Assembly: GCA_016178625.1 (NCBI GenBank)
Contig: JACOSX010000136.1
Coordinates: 1 to 61,346 of the forward strand
DNA: 61,346 nucleotides
Source: Ignavibacteria bacterium
Lineage (GTDB): Bacteria > Bacteroidota > Ignavibacteria > UBA10030 > SZUA-254
Reading direction: 5' to 3'
The translations under genes were made by a program, and so were the position numbers. Below are positions 1-10,080 of this stretch, one piece after another. Every line of letters starts with the position of its first letter. Within the stretch, counting starts at the first letter, position 1. The notes under the pieces are model-generated. The model was not told the DNA's origin, ran no database searches, and was given only the letters and a program-made list of their open reading frames with translations.

Positions 1-63
1 AAGTAAATTATCGAATCCGGGGGCATCCCGCATTCCCCAAGTACTGTCAGCCTTTCGCACGTA

Positions 64-1611
64 CTACTGATCTCCTCTGAAAAAAGCATCCGATAACGCT
101 TTTGACGCGTTTGTATAAACAAGTTTTGCTAATCGCCTAACTTCAAACCAATCTAGGTTTGCCAAATACCACATCGTCCCTGTTGCAATCATCTCACATC
201 GCTCAAGTTCCACAGGATCGACCTTACCGGGAGTGTCCTCCGAAGTGTGGTGTGTGTAATCGGGATCGTGCGAGAACATGATGCCGGGAATTTTTCGGTC
301 AATGAACATCATGTGGTCACTGCCGCCGCTGTAGGGAGTGACGCGATAATTGAACATCGAATGACCACCACGAAGTGTCGTGATATCCATATTGTCTACC
401 ATCTCTGCCATATTCTCGACGACGTCGTTGACGCACGATGGAAGTGAGGCCGGTGTGCGAGTGAGGATTAACTTCGAGTGCAGCAACTCAAGGTTTTCTC
501 CCACCATATCCATGTTCATGTTGGCGAGAAATTTTCCGCCAAGCTCAGGTCCGACCATCTCCGGGTGCTTGTCAATGTATGCCATTGTGCCGTTCCATTC
601 CGGCACCCAGAGGAAGCGAAGGGAGCGTTTCGGTTTTGGTATGTGTCCGTTATCGATAAGTTCTTTCAACGTGCGAGCGATATCGAGAATCGCGCCCGAA
701 CCGCTGGCATTATCGTTGGCAGATTCTTTGGGATGATCGAGATGCGCGCTGAAGACGAGCTCCTCGTCCGGCTTCTCCGTCCCGCGGATGTGCGCGACCA
801 CAACGTCCATGAAATAGGGCTCAAGTCCGATTCCTTTCACCCACCCATGCAGCACGACGTTCTTCCCTGCAAGCAGCATGTTTTTCAATTTCTCTCCCTG
901 CCGATTCGTGAGATTGAAGCCAAAGGTAACCTTTGGCAATTCCTCAGTGCGGGGCCACATGCCGGTATATTGCAGCATGTCGGGATAGAACTTCGCGCGG
1001 TCATCATCAAGGTAACAAACAATTGCCTTTGCTCCGTACTTAAGCACGGCGAGACGATGGACTTCTCCGCCGTAGCCTGTGGCAAGGACAAACTTTCCCT
1101 TCACATCTTTTCCTTTGTAATCATCATCGCTCGTGCCCGCGCCGACCCACACAAGCTCGGCGGTGACATCTCCGGCATTTGAGTACGTCATCACGCTCAT
1201 TGCGATCTCCGGATAGCCGACGATCCGTTCATCATACGGCTCGGCCATCCTCAACTCTGCCGACGTGATGTCCCACCCCGATGGCGATTGCCACGTTTGA
1301 TATTGCACTTTCCCATCCGACTTGAACGACTCGATGTATGCGTCTTTCTCCGAGAAACCGTACTCACGCAGTTTGCCCAAGACGTAATGCGCGGCATCCC
1401 GATAACCACGTGAGCCCTGTATGCGGTGATGCCGCGTGATAGCGATGACGTGTTCCTTCGCCAGCTCACCGCTCAGCGCCTCATGAAAGAGGTCGCGAAG
1501 TTTGGGATCGAGAAGGTCGCGTCGGGGTTGAGCTGACGCCTGATCTGAAATGGAAAATATTATGAGGAGGATGGTCAAAAAGTTCTTCATGACGGTTTCC
1601 TTTGTGAACAA
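64..1611 (-). CDS. M28-family (DUF4910-like) Zn aminopeptidase with PA domain, secreted; possibly truncated by a premature TAG
   Basis: N-terminal signal peptide (start probably MKNFL); Zn-ligand motifs SAHLDH, ANDNASG, VPEW, NMDMVG, GSDH and YTHHTSED; PA-domain segment DYKGKDVKGK. Confidence 0.8.
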   Translation of the reverse strand: MFTKETVMKNFLTILLIIFSISDQASAQPRRDLLDPKLRDLFHEALSGELAKEHVIAITRHHRIQGSRGYRDAAHYVLGKLREYGFSEKDAYIESFKSDGKVQYQTWQSPSGWDITSAELRMAEPYDERIVGYPEIAMSVMTYSNAGDVTAELVWVGAGTSDDDYKGKDVKGKFVLATGYGGEVHRLAVLKYGAKAIVCYLDDDRAKFYPDMLQYTGMWPRTEELPKVTFGFNLTNRQGEKLKNMLLAGKNVVLHGWVKGIGLEPYFMDVVVAHIRGTEKPDEELVFSAHLDHPKESANDNASGSGAILDIARTLKELIDNGHIPKPKRSLRFLWVPEWNGTMAYIDKHPEMVGPELGGKFLANMNMDMVGENLELLHSKLILTRTPASLPSCVNDVVENMAEMVDNMDITTLRGGHSMFNYRVTPYSGGSDHMMFIDRKIPGIMFSHDPDYTHHTSEDTPGKVDPVELERCEMIATGTMWYLANLDWFEVRRLAKLVYTNASKALSDAFFRGDQ

Positions 1612-1733
1612 TTTAGGATTTCTCTTTTTTGGTTCTTTGTAGTTGTTGTTTCAGGTACGGAGATTCAGACGCACCAAGAAATAAGTTCGAAGGTTAGACA
1701 ATGTTCTGGGATCGCAAACGATCTTTGCCGTAG

Positions 1734-2495
1734 TTACCCAGCCTCATCCACGACCCCCTCCTCCACCTTCCGCCGTCTCTTCCCATACAAGAAACCGAAC
1801 ACCGTGCGAATGGGTCCGATGGCGAAGTACATCAGACCGGCAAGAGAGAGTTTTGCTTCTCCGCCAATGATAACAATCAGAAGAGACGTCGTTCCCACAC
1901 ATACCATTGAAAGGTTTGCCCAAATGTGCGCACGCGTATCTAATGTCTCTAAGGCATTCAACCCCAAGCTATCTCGCCGGTGATATGCGTGCCAGTAGAG
2001 AAGAATGAACACGATGAACACTGCGATGAACCCGAGATCATAAATGATCATCAATGTGCTACCCTGACCCTGTCCGATCATATTCTCGACGATACCATTC
2101 GGTCGCCGGACAGTGGCATTGCCCATAATCAGTTGGCTGACGAGGAGCGTCGCGAGAAATTTCAGAGGATAGACATAGAACAAAATCACGAACAGGAGCG
2201 CTGCGTTGAGCACGATTGTATAACGATCTTGTAGGCCGTAACGCCGGAAGAACACATAGTGACTATACCAGATCCAGATCAGCCAAGAAAAGCACAGCGC
2301 GAAGGCAATAAAACCGCTCATCGCTTCGAGCAGTTCACTGAACGTTTTCGGCACTTCGAGGGAGACGACCAACAACGTAACGGCGAAGGCAAACACCGCA
2401 TCGCTGAAACCTTCGATGCGGGTGACTTCGTGTCCGCGCCACCGGAAGCCCCGCTCGATGCCCAACCCTTTTGCAACTACATGCTGTCGATTCAA
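1734..2495 (-). CDS. TMEM175-family (DUF1211) potassium channel-like membrane protein
   Basis: RIEGFSDAVFAFAVTLLV matches the TMEM175 RxxxFSD signature; about 6 hydrophobic helices. Confidence 0.85.
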   Translation of the reverse strand: MNRQHVVAKGLGIERGFRWRGHEVTRIEGFSDAVFAFAVTLLVVSLEVPKTFSELLEAMSGFIAFALCFSWLIWIWYSHYVFFRRYGLQDRYTIVLNAALLFVILFYVYPLKFLATLLVSQLIMGNATVRRPNGIVENMIGQGQGSTLMIIYDLGFIAVFIVFILLYWHAYHRRDSLGLNALETLDTRAHIWANLSMVCVGTTSLLIVIIGGEAKLSLAGLMYFAIGPIRTVFGFLYGKRRRKVEEGVVDEAG

Positions 2496-2535
2496 CGACG
2501 TTCTTTCTTAAGGATATCGGAGTGACGCAGTCTCT

Positions 2536-3039
2536 TTACTTGTTCACCACCAATGTTCCCGCCAGGATATCATGGAGGGCTTGTTTCTGTTGAGTGAAAC
2601 CAGCCATGATGTATCCAACGCAGAAGATCAGTCCGGAGAGTATCTTTCCAAAATACCTCCCGGTTGCCCTACCGAAAGAAATCTGGCTGCCGTTTGTATC
2701 GGTGACGGTGATGTTCAGGACCATCTTTCCAAGCGTCGCACCTTTCTTCGATTCCATCAGAGCGAAGTAAAGCCAATCAGCAACGATGATCAGAACGATT
2801 GCCATTGCGTAAGCGCCGATAAACGCAATGAGAAATCCCACAGAATCGTCAACATCTTCATGCGCGAGCGCGCCGATCCCCAGCAAACCCAGCACGGGGA
2901 TAAAAAGGATAAACGTAACGACCGAAAGAATAAGCTTGTCGATGAGGTATGCGACGAACCGCTTCCAGAATCCAGCGTAGGACGCGATCGACGTCCGTCC
3001 TATAGGTGACTGCATCGGTTGTTGAACTATCTGTTCCAT
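2536..3039 (-). CDS. RDD family membrane protein
   Basis: YAGFWKRFVAYLID, GATLGKM and QALHDILAGTLVV motifs; GGAGG SD upstream. Confidence 0.9.
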   Translation of the reverse strand: MEQIVQQPMQSPIGRTSIASYAGFWKRFVAYLIDKLILSVVTFILFIPVLGLLGIGALAHEDVDDSVGFLIAFIGAYAMAIVLIIVADWLYFALMESKKGATLGKMVLNITVTDTNGSQISFGRATGRYFGKILSGLIFCVGYIMAGFTQQKQALHDILAGTLVVNK

Positions 3040-3185
3040 AAATCCTCCTGATGATGAAAGGAATATTGTTGAGTAGCTTTGCCGAGCGTTGTCGTTGGAA
3101 AGGACGGAAACAGACTGATATTCATTGTATGCACGGCAGGATTGTACAAAAAATAAATGAGTGAGTCAAGCAGACTAATGGTTAC

Positions 3186-3722
3186 TCATCTACGCTTGAC
3201 CGTCGTATTGAGAATGTTCACGCACTCTCCCGGTGATTTCACTACGGTAACAAATGTTGTCACGTCGTCGCGTCCTTCGTGTGTCAGTTCTTCTCCGAGT
3301 GAATTCACCACCGGTGTCCAGAAGTTTCCGACGACAACGATTGGTTTGCTGTGGATGATGTTCTTATTCATGAATTCCCACACCGCAGCGAGTTCGAACA
3401 ATGTACCTGTGCTTCCTTTGAGAACGACGTACGCGTCACCAAGCTCGATCAATTTCATGAGGCGATCGGTCAATGTCGTTGTGACGAATTTATGCACGAT
3501 GTAAGGATTTGCTTCGAGGCTGAAATACTTTGCGACAACGCCGATCGTTTTTCCGCCGGCCTCGCGCGCGCCTTGCGCAGTTGCTTCCATCGTTCCACCA
3601 TAACCACCATTGCAAATGTCGTATCCCGAGTTGGCAAGAAGCCCACCAAGTTCGCGCGCCGTTTCATACTCGGGTTCGCCGGAATGGGGACGGGAACTAC
3701 CGAAGATAGTAATCACCGACAT
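3186..3722 (-). CDS. LOG family (Rossmann-fold nucleotide-binding) protein
   Basis: IFGSS, NGGYGGTMEA and GSTGTLFEL motifs of the LOG/TIGR00725-00730 family. Confidence 0.85.
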   Translation of the reverse strand: MSVITIFGSSRPHSGEPEYETARELGGLLANSGYDICNGGYGGTMEATAQGAREAGGKTIGVVAKYFSLEANPYIVHKFVTTTLTDRLMKLIELGDAYVVLKGSTGTLFELAAVWEFMNKNIIHSKPIVVVGNFWTPVVNSLGEELTHEGRDDVTTFVTVVKSPGECVNILNTTVKRR

Positions 3723-3740
3723 GGAATAGCCTCAATACGA

Positions 3741-5753
3741 TTAATTGGTAAACTCCCAACTTACACCAAACCGCAGTTGTCGCTCGGGCATGGGGTAGAA
3801 CGACGTCATGATATACTTTCGATCAAGCAGATTATCCCAAATGAAGTGCACATACGCGTCGCCGAGATGAGCGATGATGACGAGATCAATGGTGCCGTTA
3901 GTAGGAATGGTGTACGAGAAACCGAGTGGGATGTACACCTGTGCCTGCTGATTGAATTCTTTTCCACTGTAAGAACTAAACACCCGTCCGCGGACCCCAG
4001 CTTTGAGATTGAGATGACCGTTAAACAGTTTGTCCCAAAAATACAAACCGCCATTTGCACTCCATTTGGGAAAATCGACACTGTCCACCCGATCATCAAC
4101 TCTATGATCAAGATATTGTGCATTTCCTTCCACAAAGAGACTACCGATGTGGGCAGAGACTCTTGTACTTGCACCGCTAAAAATCTCCTCATCGTCTCTG
4201 GCAAATCTAAAGACAGGATTTTGACCGCCGAGGTCCGTCCGCGTGTCGACAAGAATGGCATCTTTGATTGTTCTGTGGAAGAAGTTGAATTCAAACGACG
4301 AATTTCCCCCTGTGAACCGGAGACCTGCTTCGAAAAGATGATGATGTTCTGGTGAACTATCGATCGGGTCGGAGACTATTGGAGGGAACGCCCCTCCGTC
4401 ACGTTCCAACAATGTTGGAAACCGGTTCGAACGAGAGTATCCACCGAAGAGTTCAAGATTAGAAGCCGGTGAGAAGACGGCGTCGCCTCCATACGAGAGC
4501 TGATTTTCGTCCTCTAAATTGTCGAAGCGTGTGTACGGGGATAAAGATAGGAATTCTAAAAGTCGTACCTGCAATTTGCCAAAGACGCTTGCAAGGGTTG
4601 CGCGTCGTTCGGCAGTTGCTGGTGAAACAAGTGCACGCTGCGATTCGAGGGTAGCTCCAAGGTCGATGATCTGTCGATCAAATTCCTGATGATGCGAAAG
4701 TTTTAACCCCATCCACTGAGAACGTTGATCCTGCTGGATAAAAATACCGTTGGGATTGGAACGGTTCTCTTCGTCGCGATATTCACGCAAGTTTGATGAG
4801 AGATAGAGTGTAAGTGTGCTGACCGCATTTGAATCTCCGGGGAACCGTGCAGCCACGCCGAGCTGTACATCGTGGCGGGTAATCTTTTCGTACGCATCGG
4901 GATTGCGCACGACTGCCTGGATTTTATCAAACCGCAATGTACCAGGGGTGGTTGAAACGTTTATGCCACCATTGAGTCCCAATTGTGTTTGATTGTACAT
5001 CTCGGAGGCAAAAACATTCACTGTGTTGCTAACATTGTATCTGAGCTTCACGCGGGCATTCCATCCATCGTAGTCGTCGTTAGTGAATCGTGGACCGAAC
5101 GTGGTATGCTGAAACCCTGTCGTGACATTCAATCCTCGCATGACGTCCTGACTCACCATTCCGTCGACTGACCCGAAGCCGAATGCCGATTCAGTGTAAC
5201 GGAGATGTGAATAAGGGCGAAGCGCTTTCTTACTCTTGCTGATGAAATTAATCGCACCTCCCGTGCTATTGAGTCCATAGAGAAAAGCTCGCGTCCCTCG
5301 AACGAGCTCGAGCCGTTCGATCTGCTCAGTAGGATATACATTGAGGTTAACCATTCCTGAGAGGGGATCATTTAAACGGATTCCATCGCTCATGATCGAG
5401 ATATTCCTCAAGTCAAGACCCTGGATTGTGAGATCGTTTAACTGGTTGGGGCTTCCGAATTCTCTAATGTAAACGCCAGGCATCTGTTCCAGCAAATCGC
5501 CAGGATAACGATAGCTGGCAAAGTTGATTGTTGAGTCATTGATAATGTCACGAGGATTGAGAGATCGATCGATCGAACCGACAAGCGGAATGGGTTTCGT
5601 CAGTGTTGGCATGAGAGAATCCGACTTCTCTGCGTGCAGTGTGTCGGCTGCTGTACTGTCTGCAAAAACACCCTGAGGATACCCCTTCTGCGGCAGGGTG
5701 AAGAGCAGAATACACGGAAGAAGTATCAGGTACGCGCGCGAAGAGATGATCAT
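3741..5753 (-). CDS. TonB-dependent receptor plug domain plus outer-membrane beta-barrel (putative porin)
   Basis: Signal peptide; plug motifs DLLEQMPGV, IQG, DGIRLND, IERLELVRG and GGAINFISK; C-terminal beta-signal-like FGVSWEF. Confidence 0.8.
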   Translation of the reverse strand: MIISSRAYLILLPCILLFTLPQKGYPQGVFADSTAADTLHAEKSDSLMPTLTKPIPLVGSIDRSLNPRDIINDSTINFASYRYPGDLLEQMPGVYIREFGSPNQLNDLTIQGLDLRNISIMSDGIRLNDPLSGMVNLNVYPTEQIERLELVRGTRAFLYGLNSTGGAINFISKSKKALRPYSHLRYTESAFGFGSVDGMVSQDVMRGLNVTTGFQHTTFGPRFTNDDYDGWNARVKLRYNVSNTVNVFASEMYNQTQLGLNGGINVSTTPGTLRFDKIQAVVRNPDAYEKITRHDVQLGVAARFPGDSNAVSTLTLYLSSNLREYRDEENRSNPNGIFIQQDQRSQWMGLKLSHHQEFDRQIIDLGATLESQRALVSPATAERRATLASVFGKLQVRLLEFLSLSPYTRFDNLEDENQLSYGGDAVFSPASNLELFGGYSRSNRFPTLLERDGGAFPPIVSDPIDSSPEHHHLFEAGLRFTGGNSSFEFNFFHRTIKDAILVDTRTDLGGQNPVFRFARDDEEIFSGASTRVSAHIGSLFVEGNAQYLDHRVDDRVDSVDFPKWSANGGLYFWDKLFNGHLNLKAGVRGRVFSSYSGKEFNQQAQVYIPLGFSYTIPTNGTIDLVIIAHLGDAYVHFIWDNLLDRKYIMTSFYPMPERQLRFGVSWEFTN

Positions 5754-5816
5754 GAGGGCAAAAAATTTTCAGAAAATATAGAGAAACGCGTCACGAGAAG
5801 CAATTGCATCCGGATG

Positions 5817-6665
5817 TCATGCCGGTATGAAATGCGGTGGCGTGATGAACACGCTATAGGCTTTATCCATGTTCCCCGCAGCCTCGCGGGCATCTGATTC
5901 TTTTGCGAAGAAGCCATACACGGCTGAGCCGCTTCCGGACATTTGTACAAACTCCGCGCGGGAATCGTACAGATTTTTCTTGACGCGGACAACTGCTCCA
6001 TGCGATCGAAGAACAAGTGGCTCAAAGTCGTTAGGTATATGAGCGACGAGAAGGCGGGGATCGCTGATATTCTCCTGTACGATCTGTTTGAGAGGGATGG
6101 CGGGTTTCTGGTTCTCGGTGAGAACTTGTTGGTACGCCCACGCGGTCGAAATATGAATGTTAGGGTATACGAGCACAATCCAGTATGGAATGTCCAGATC
6201 GAAATATTCGAGAACTTCACCGCGACCGGTTGCGTATGCTGTCCCTTCCTTCAAGAAATAGGGGACATCTGATCCGAGCTGAAGCGCGATCGCATTGAGT
6301 CGTTCGTGACTGATGTTGATATTCCACCACTTCACCAGTGCGAGGAGAGTAGCAGCTGCGTCTGAGCTTCCGCCCCCGAGCCCGGCGCCGACAGGGATGT
6401 TCTTCTTCAACGAGATCTGTACTCCCTGTTTGATGTTGCACTCGCGTTGGAGGAGACGTACGGCTCGAATGCAGAGATTGCGCTTGTCTATCGGGAGAGC
6501 TGGGTCGCTGCAAGCCAATGAGATTACTGATGCCAGCTCGATCTCAATCTCATCGAACACATTCACGCGGTGAAAGATGGTCTCAATTTCGTGGTATCCG
6601 TCCTTCCGCTTGCCGAGGATTCGTAGTCCGAGATTGATTTTGGCGTAGGCTTTGAGGCTAATCAT
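5817..6665 (-). CDS. ispE: 4-diphosphocytidyl-2-C-methyl-D-erythritol kinase
   Basis: AKINLGL, GYHEIET, GHMP motif IPVGAGLGGGSSDAA, LGSDVP and MSGSGS. Confidence 0.97.
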   Translation of the reverse strand: MISLKAYAKINLGLRILGKRKDGYHEIETIFHRVNVFDEIEIELASVISLACSDPALPIDKRNLCIRAVRLLQRECNIKQGVQISLKKNIPVGAGLGGGSSDAAATLLALVKWWNINISHERLNAIALQLGSDVPYFLKEGTAYATGRGEVLEYFDLDIPYWIVLVYPNIHISTAWAYQQVLTENQKPAIPLKQIVQENISDPRLLVAHIPNDFEPLVLRSHGAVVRVKKNLYDSRAEFVQMSGSGSAVYGFFAKESDAREAAGNMDKAYSVFITPPHFIPA

Positions 6666-6758
6666 GAGTGAATAGAAAATACCTTAAATGGGCGAGAGAA
6701 GCAATTGAACACCTGTGGTGGGGACGTTCTTGTTCGCAATCAAGTCTGGCCGAACCAT

Positions 6759-6890
6759 GGTGCTGGCTTACTTTGAGAAATCACGGCGGTCACGGACCAT
6801 TCCGTGACCGAATTCTGTGCTTGTGTCACGGTGTGGACTCCCGCTTTTCAGCGGGACAGGCTGTGACACCTGTGAAACTGAGCCACCACC
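6759..6890. mobile_element. MITE-like element, copy 1 (132 bp), between divergent ispE and kdsA
   Basis: Imperfect TIRs GGTGCTGGCTTACTTT...AAACTGAGCCACCACC; flanks CGAACCAT (6751-6758) and CGAACCCT (6891-6898) match at 7 of 8 positions; near-identical to 21592-21700. Confidence 0.85.
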
Positions 6891-6959
6891 CGAACCCTTT
6901 TGATATTGGTTTGATTTTTCGTACTTTTATCACGACAAATTCTCACACGAAAGCCTTTC

Positions 6960-7784
6960 ATGGTCAGAGTCGGGAATATCAATATTGGCGATGGGAGCCC
7001 GCTGGTACTCATCGCTGGTCCGTGTGTTGTAGAGGGTCGAGAGATCACGCTTCAAACAGCGGAATACATCCAGAAGATCACCAGCAAATACCATGTACCT
7101 CTCATCTTTAAAGCGTCGTATAAGAAAGCAAACCGCACGAGTGGAGTCTCGTTTATGGGACTGGAGATGGGTGAGGCGCTGAAGATTCTCGCTGAAGTGA
7201 AACGAGACCTCGGCATTCCAGTGCTCACCGATATCCATTCAGAACTGGAAGCAGCGCCCGCCTCGGAAGTGGTTGATGTCCTTCAAGTGCCTGCATTCCT
7301 TTCACGACAGACAGAAATCTTGCAGGCGGCCGGACGAACGGGGAAAGCAGTGAATATCAAAAAAGGTCAATTCCTCGCCCCGCAGGATATGGAGCACCAA
7401 GCGCATAAGGTCACGATGACCGGCAACAAGAACGTGATGCTCACCGAGCGAGGAACAACGTTCGGTTATCATAATCTCGTCGTCGATATGCGGGCACTCA
7501 GCATCATGCGACAGTTCGGGCATCCGGTGATTCTCGATGCGACGCACTCCGTGCAATTACCGGGAGGGGCGAAAAACCATTCCAGTGGACAGCCCGAGTT
7601 TATTTTTCCGATTGCCCGAGCAGGGGTAGCTGTGGGTATCGATGGGTTGTTTGTCGAAACGCATCCCAATCCAGAACGCGCGCTCAGTGACGCAAGTAGT
7701 CAGTTAAAATTAGAGTTGTTGGAAGACCTCATTAAACAGGTGAAAGCCATCGATTCATTAGTGAAAGAACAATTTGCCATCTAA
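6960..7784 (+). CDS. kdsA: 3-deoxy-8-phosphooctulonate (KDO8P) synthase
   Basis: IAGPCVVE, FKASYKKANRTS, QVPAFLSRQT, NIKKGQF, ERGTTFGY and DATHSVQ motifs. Confidence 0.97.
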   Translation: MVRVGNINIGDGSPLVLIAGPCVVEGREITLQTAEYIQKITSKYHVPLIFKASYKKANRTSGVSFMGLEMGEALKILAEVKRDLGIPVLTDIHSELEAAPASEVVDVLQVPAFLSRQTEILQAAGRTGKAVNIKKGQFLAPQDMEHQAHKVTMTGNKNVMLTERGTTFGYHNLVVDMRALSIMRQFGHPVILDATHSVQLPGGAKNHSSGQPEFIFPIARAGVAVGIDGLFVETHPNPERALSDASSQLKLELLEDLIKQVKAIDSLVKEQFAI

Positions 7785-8301
7785 TCGTATCACACGTTCA
7801 ACGCTGATTGACAAACTCAAGCGGATCCGCATGGTCGTTCTCGATGTCGATGGTGTTCTCACCGATGGTCGCATCATGTATGATGATCGCGGAACTGAAT
7901 ATAAAATGTTCAATGCACACGATGGCTTCGGGATCGAGCGTGCGCAGAAAAATGGCTTGAAGCTTGCCCTCATCACCGGGAGAGCTTCGCCGATTGTAAC
8001 CCTCAGAGCGAAGGAATTGGGTATCCGCGAAGTTCACCAGGGAGCGAAAGATAAGCTGAGGGTGTTCAAGCAGCTTACATCGAAATACAGGTTGCACCCC
8101 GACGAACTTTGCTATATGGGAGATGATGAACTTGATCTCCCGATTCTCCAGGCAGCTGGCGTGAGCGCCGCACCAGCGACTGCAATGCGCATAGTAACCG
8201 ACGCAGTTGATATCGTGACTATCCAAGACGGAGGTCGTGGTGCCGTGCGCGAACTTCTCGACGCGATCCTGAACGCGAAAAAAGTGATCCGGCTTCCATG
8301 A
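7774..8301 (+). CDS. kdsC: KDO 8-phosphate phosphatase (HAD superfamily)
   Basis: DVDGVLTDG, ITGR, GDDELD and GGRGAVRE motifs; directly follows kdsA. Confidence 0.93.
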   Translation: MPSNRITRSTLIDKLKRIRMVVLDVDGVLTDGRIMYDDRGTEYKMFNAHDGFGIERAQKNGLKLALITGRASPIVTLRAKELGIREVHQGAKDKLRVFKQLTSKYRLHPDELCYMGDDELDLPILQAAGVSAAPATAMRIVTDAVDIVTIQDGGRGAVRELLDAILNAKKVIRLP

Positions 8302-9077
8302 CCCCTTCTCTCAACGATGACGTGTATCCGAGACCACTCTCCACACGAGAACGCGAATGGATCGAATGGGTGCTTCCCGCGAACCGCGCGGGATATCGAG
8401 GCTATCGCGAAATGATTCAATCGATGAAGGTGCTTGGTGAGGGACGTCGCGGCAATGGTGAGATCATCCTCGGAGGTGAAGGGGTGCAACCTGACCTCAG
8501 CGCACCGCTGCCGGCAGTGTTCGCGTACGGCGCGATTGAAACAACCTTCGGCACGATTTCCATCACCGTGAGAGAGGTGGCTGACGACCAGATCTCTGTT
8601 GAGATTGTCGGTCATCGGATGGAAGAAATTCCTCCCGATGTTGAAGAATCGAGACGCTGGACATATTCAATGTGGAGCCCTCGTGAATCATGCCCGCAGT
8701 GTAAACGGCAAGTACGGGAAGTTGCCATGCACACAGTCATTGGAAGGGGTGGTAGTCTCACCCTCGCGATATGTATCCATGACAAACGGTTGTGGGTATT
8801 TGATTCTGTATCAGAAGTAAACCACCTAATCCCTGTGACGAATTTCTACAACGAGCTGATGCTGCACAAAAATATCCGGGATCCTGAGATCGCACTCCAA
8901 TCGAAACGGTTCTTCGAAGAGCTCTCGCAGTATTCCGACGCAGATCTCACGTACGCATTTCTCACATATAATAAGATCAAAACGAAAGTCCACCTCCAAG
9001 GGATCGTGGAGCCGGATCGATGGGAAGAACCATCGTTTCTTAAACGATTGGCAAATGTTTTCCGGAAAGAATCGTGA
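8298..9077 (+). CDS. Hypothetical protein within the kds operon (CPQC motif)
   Basis: 259-aa ORF overlapping the kdsC stop (ATGA coupling); no family recognised. Confidence 0.7.
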   Translation: MTPSLNDDVYPRPLSTREREWIEWVLPANRAGYRGYREMIQSMKVLGEGRRGNGEIILGGEGVQPDLSAPLPAVFAYGAIETTFGTISITVREVADDQISVEIVGHRMEEIPPDVEESRRWTYSMWSPRESCPQCKRQVREVAMHTVIGRGGSLTLAICIHDKRLWVFDSVSEVNHLIPVTNFYNELMLHKNIRDPEIALQSKRFFEELSQYSDADLTYAFLTYNKIKTKVHLQGIVEPDRWEEPSFLKRLANVFRKES

Positions 9078-9099
9078 AAAGGGGAGTATCGAATCGATA

Positions 9100-10077
9100 A
9101 TGAAATCGTCAATCGAAAAAGGTAAACAGGTGATCCGCATTGAAGCGGAAGCAGTCGCAGCACTTGAGCAGCGCATCGGGGAGAGTTTTGCCAACGCGGT
9201 TGAGGCGATGTATCAGTGTAAAGGTCGGATCGTCGTGACGGGCATGGGAAAGTCGGGCATCGTTGCGCGAAAAATTGTTGCTACACTAAATTCCACAGGG
9301 ACACCATCCCTTTTTCTTCACCCCTCGGACGCGGTTCACGGGGATCTTGGGATGGTACGAAAGGGGGATGTTGTCATCTGTGTCTCGAAGAGTGGCGATA
9401 CTGCTGAGCTTCATAATTTAATCCCTTTGATAAAACGCATGGGGGTGCCAGTGATCTCAATGGTAGGAAATCCCACCTCCAAGCTCGCACAGTCCTCCGA
9501 CGTTGTCTTGGACATCAGCGTAAAGGAGGAAGCCTGCCCGTACGATCTCGCGCCGACATCCTCAACAACAGCAACGCTTGTGCTTGGTGATGCGCTTGCG
9601 ATGGCGCTCTTGGAAAAGCGAAATTTCACCATCGAAGAATTTGCCTTGTATCATCCAGGTGGCAATCTCGGTAAACGACTCCTCTTGAAGGTCGAAGAGT
9701 TAATGGCACAAGGAAATGCAGTGCCGAAGGTGAAACGCGATGCTCCGGTGCGTGATACGATTTTGGAAATGACGTCCAAGCGTCTTGGGGCGACATGTGT
9801 GGTCGATGGGGATGGAAAACTCATTGGCATTGTCACCGATGGTGACCTTCGTCGGTTATTGCAGAAGACAACCGATGTCACCCTTATTACCGCCGAGATG
9901 ATGATGACAACACATCCAAAGACGATCACGAGTGATATCCTTGCGGCAGTCGCCCTGCAGGAAATGGAGGCACATAACATCACACAGCTTATTGTCGTGG
10001 ATAGCGGGCATCGACCCATCGGTATGATTCACCTTCATGAACTCGTCAAGGCGGGATTGGGAGGGGAAAACCAGTAA
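9100..10077 (+). CDS. kdsD: Arabinose-5-phosphate isomerase, KpsF/GutQ family (SIS plus CBS domains)
   Basis: TGMGKSG, HGDLG, LAPTSST and HPGGNLG motifs; CBS pair; ATG at 9100 preferred over 9055. Confidence 0.95.
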   Translation: MKSSIEKGKQVIRIEAEAVAALEQRIGESFANAVEAMYQCKGRIVVTGMGKSGIVARKIVATLNSTGTPSLFLHPSDAVHGDLGMVRKGDVVICVSKSGDTAELHNLIPLIKRMGVPVISMVGNPTSKLAQSSDVVLDISVKEEACPYDLAPTSSTTATLVLGDALAMALLEKRNFTIEEFALYHPGGNLGKRLLLKVEELMAQGNAVPKVKRDAPVRDTILEMTSKRLGATCVVDGDGKLIGIVTDGDLRRLLQKTTDVTLITAEMMMTTHPKTITSDILAAVALQEMEAHNITQLIVVDSGHRPIGMIHLHELVKAGLGGENQ

Positions 10078-10080
10078 TCG

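Noticed and set aside
3351-4355. Long antisense ORFs (also 478-1182, 25474-26322, 27127-27909, 58215-58904, 59169-59876)
   Set aside because: They shadow well-supported genes on the opposite strand and show no motifs
6668-7111. 147-aa ORF, and the similar peptide segment in ORFs near 21600-21700
   Set aside because: The shared sequence is translated MITE DNA, not a protein family
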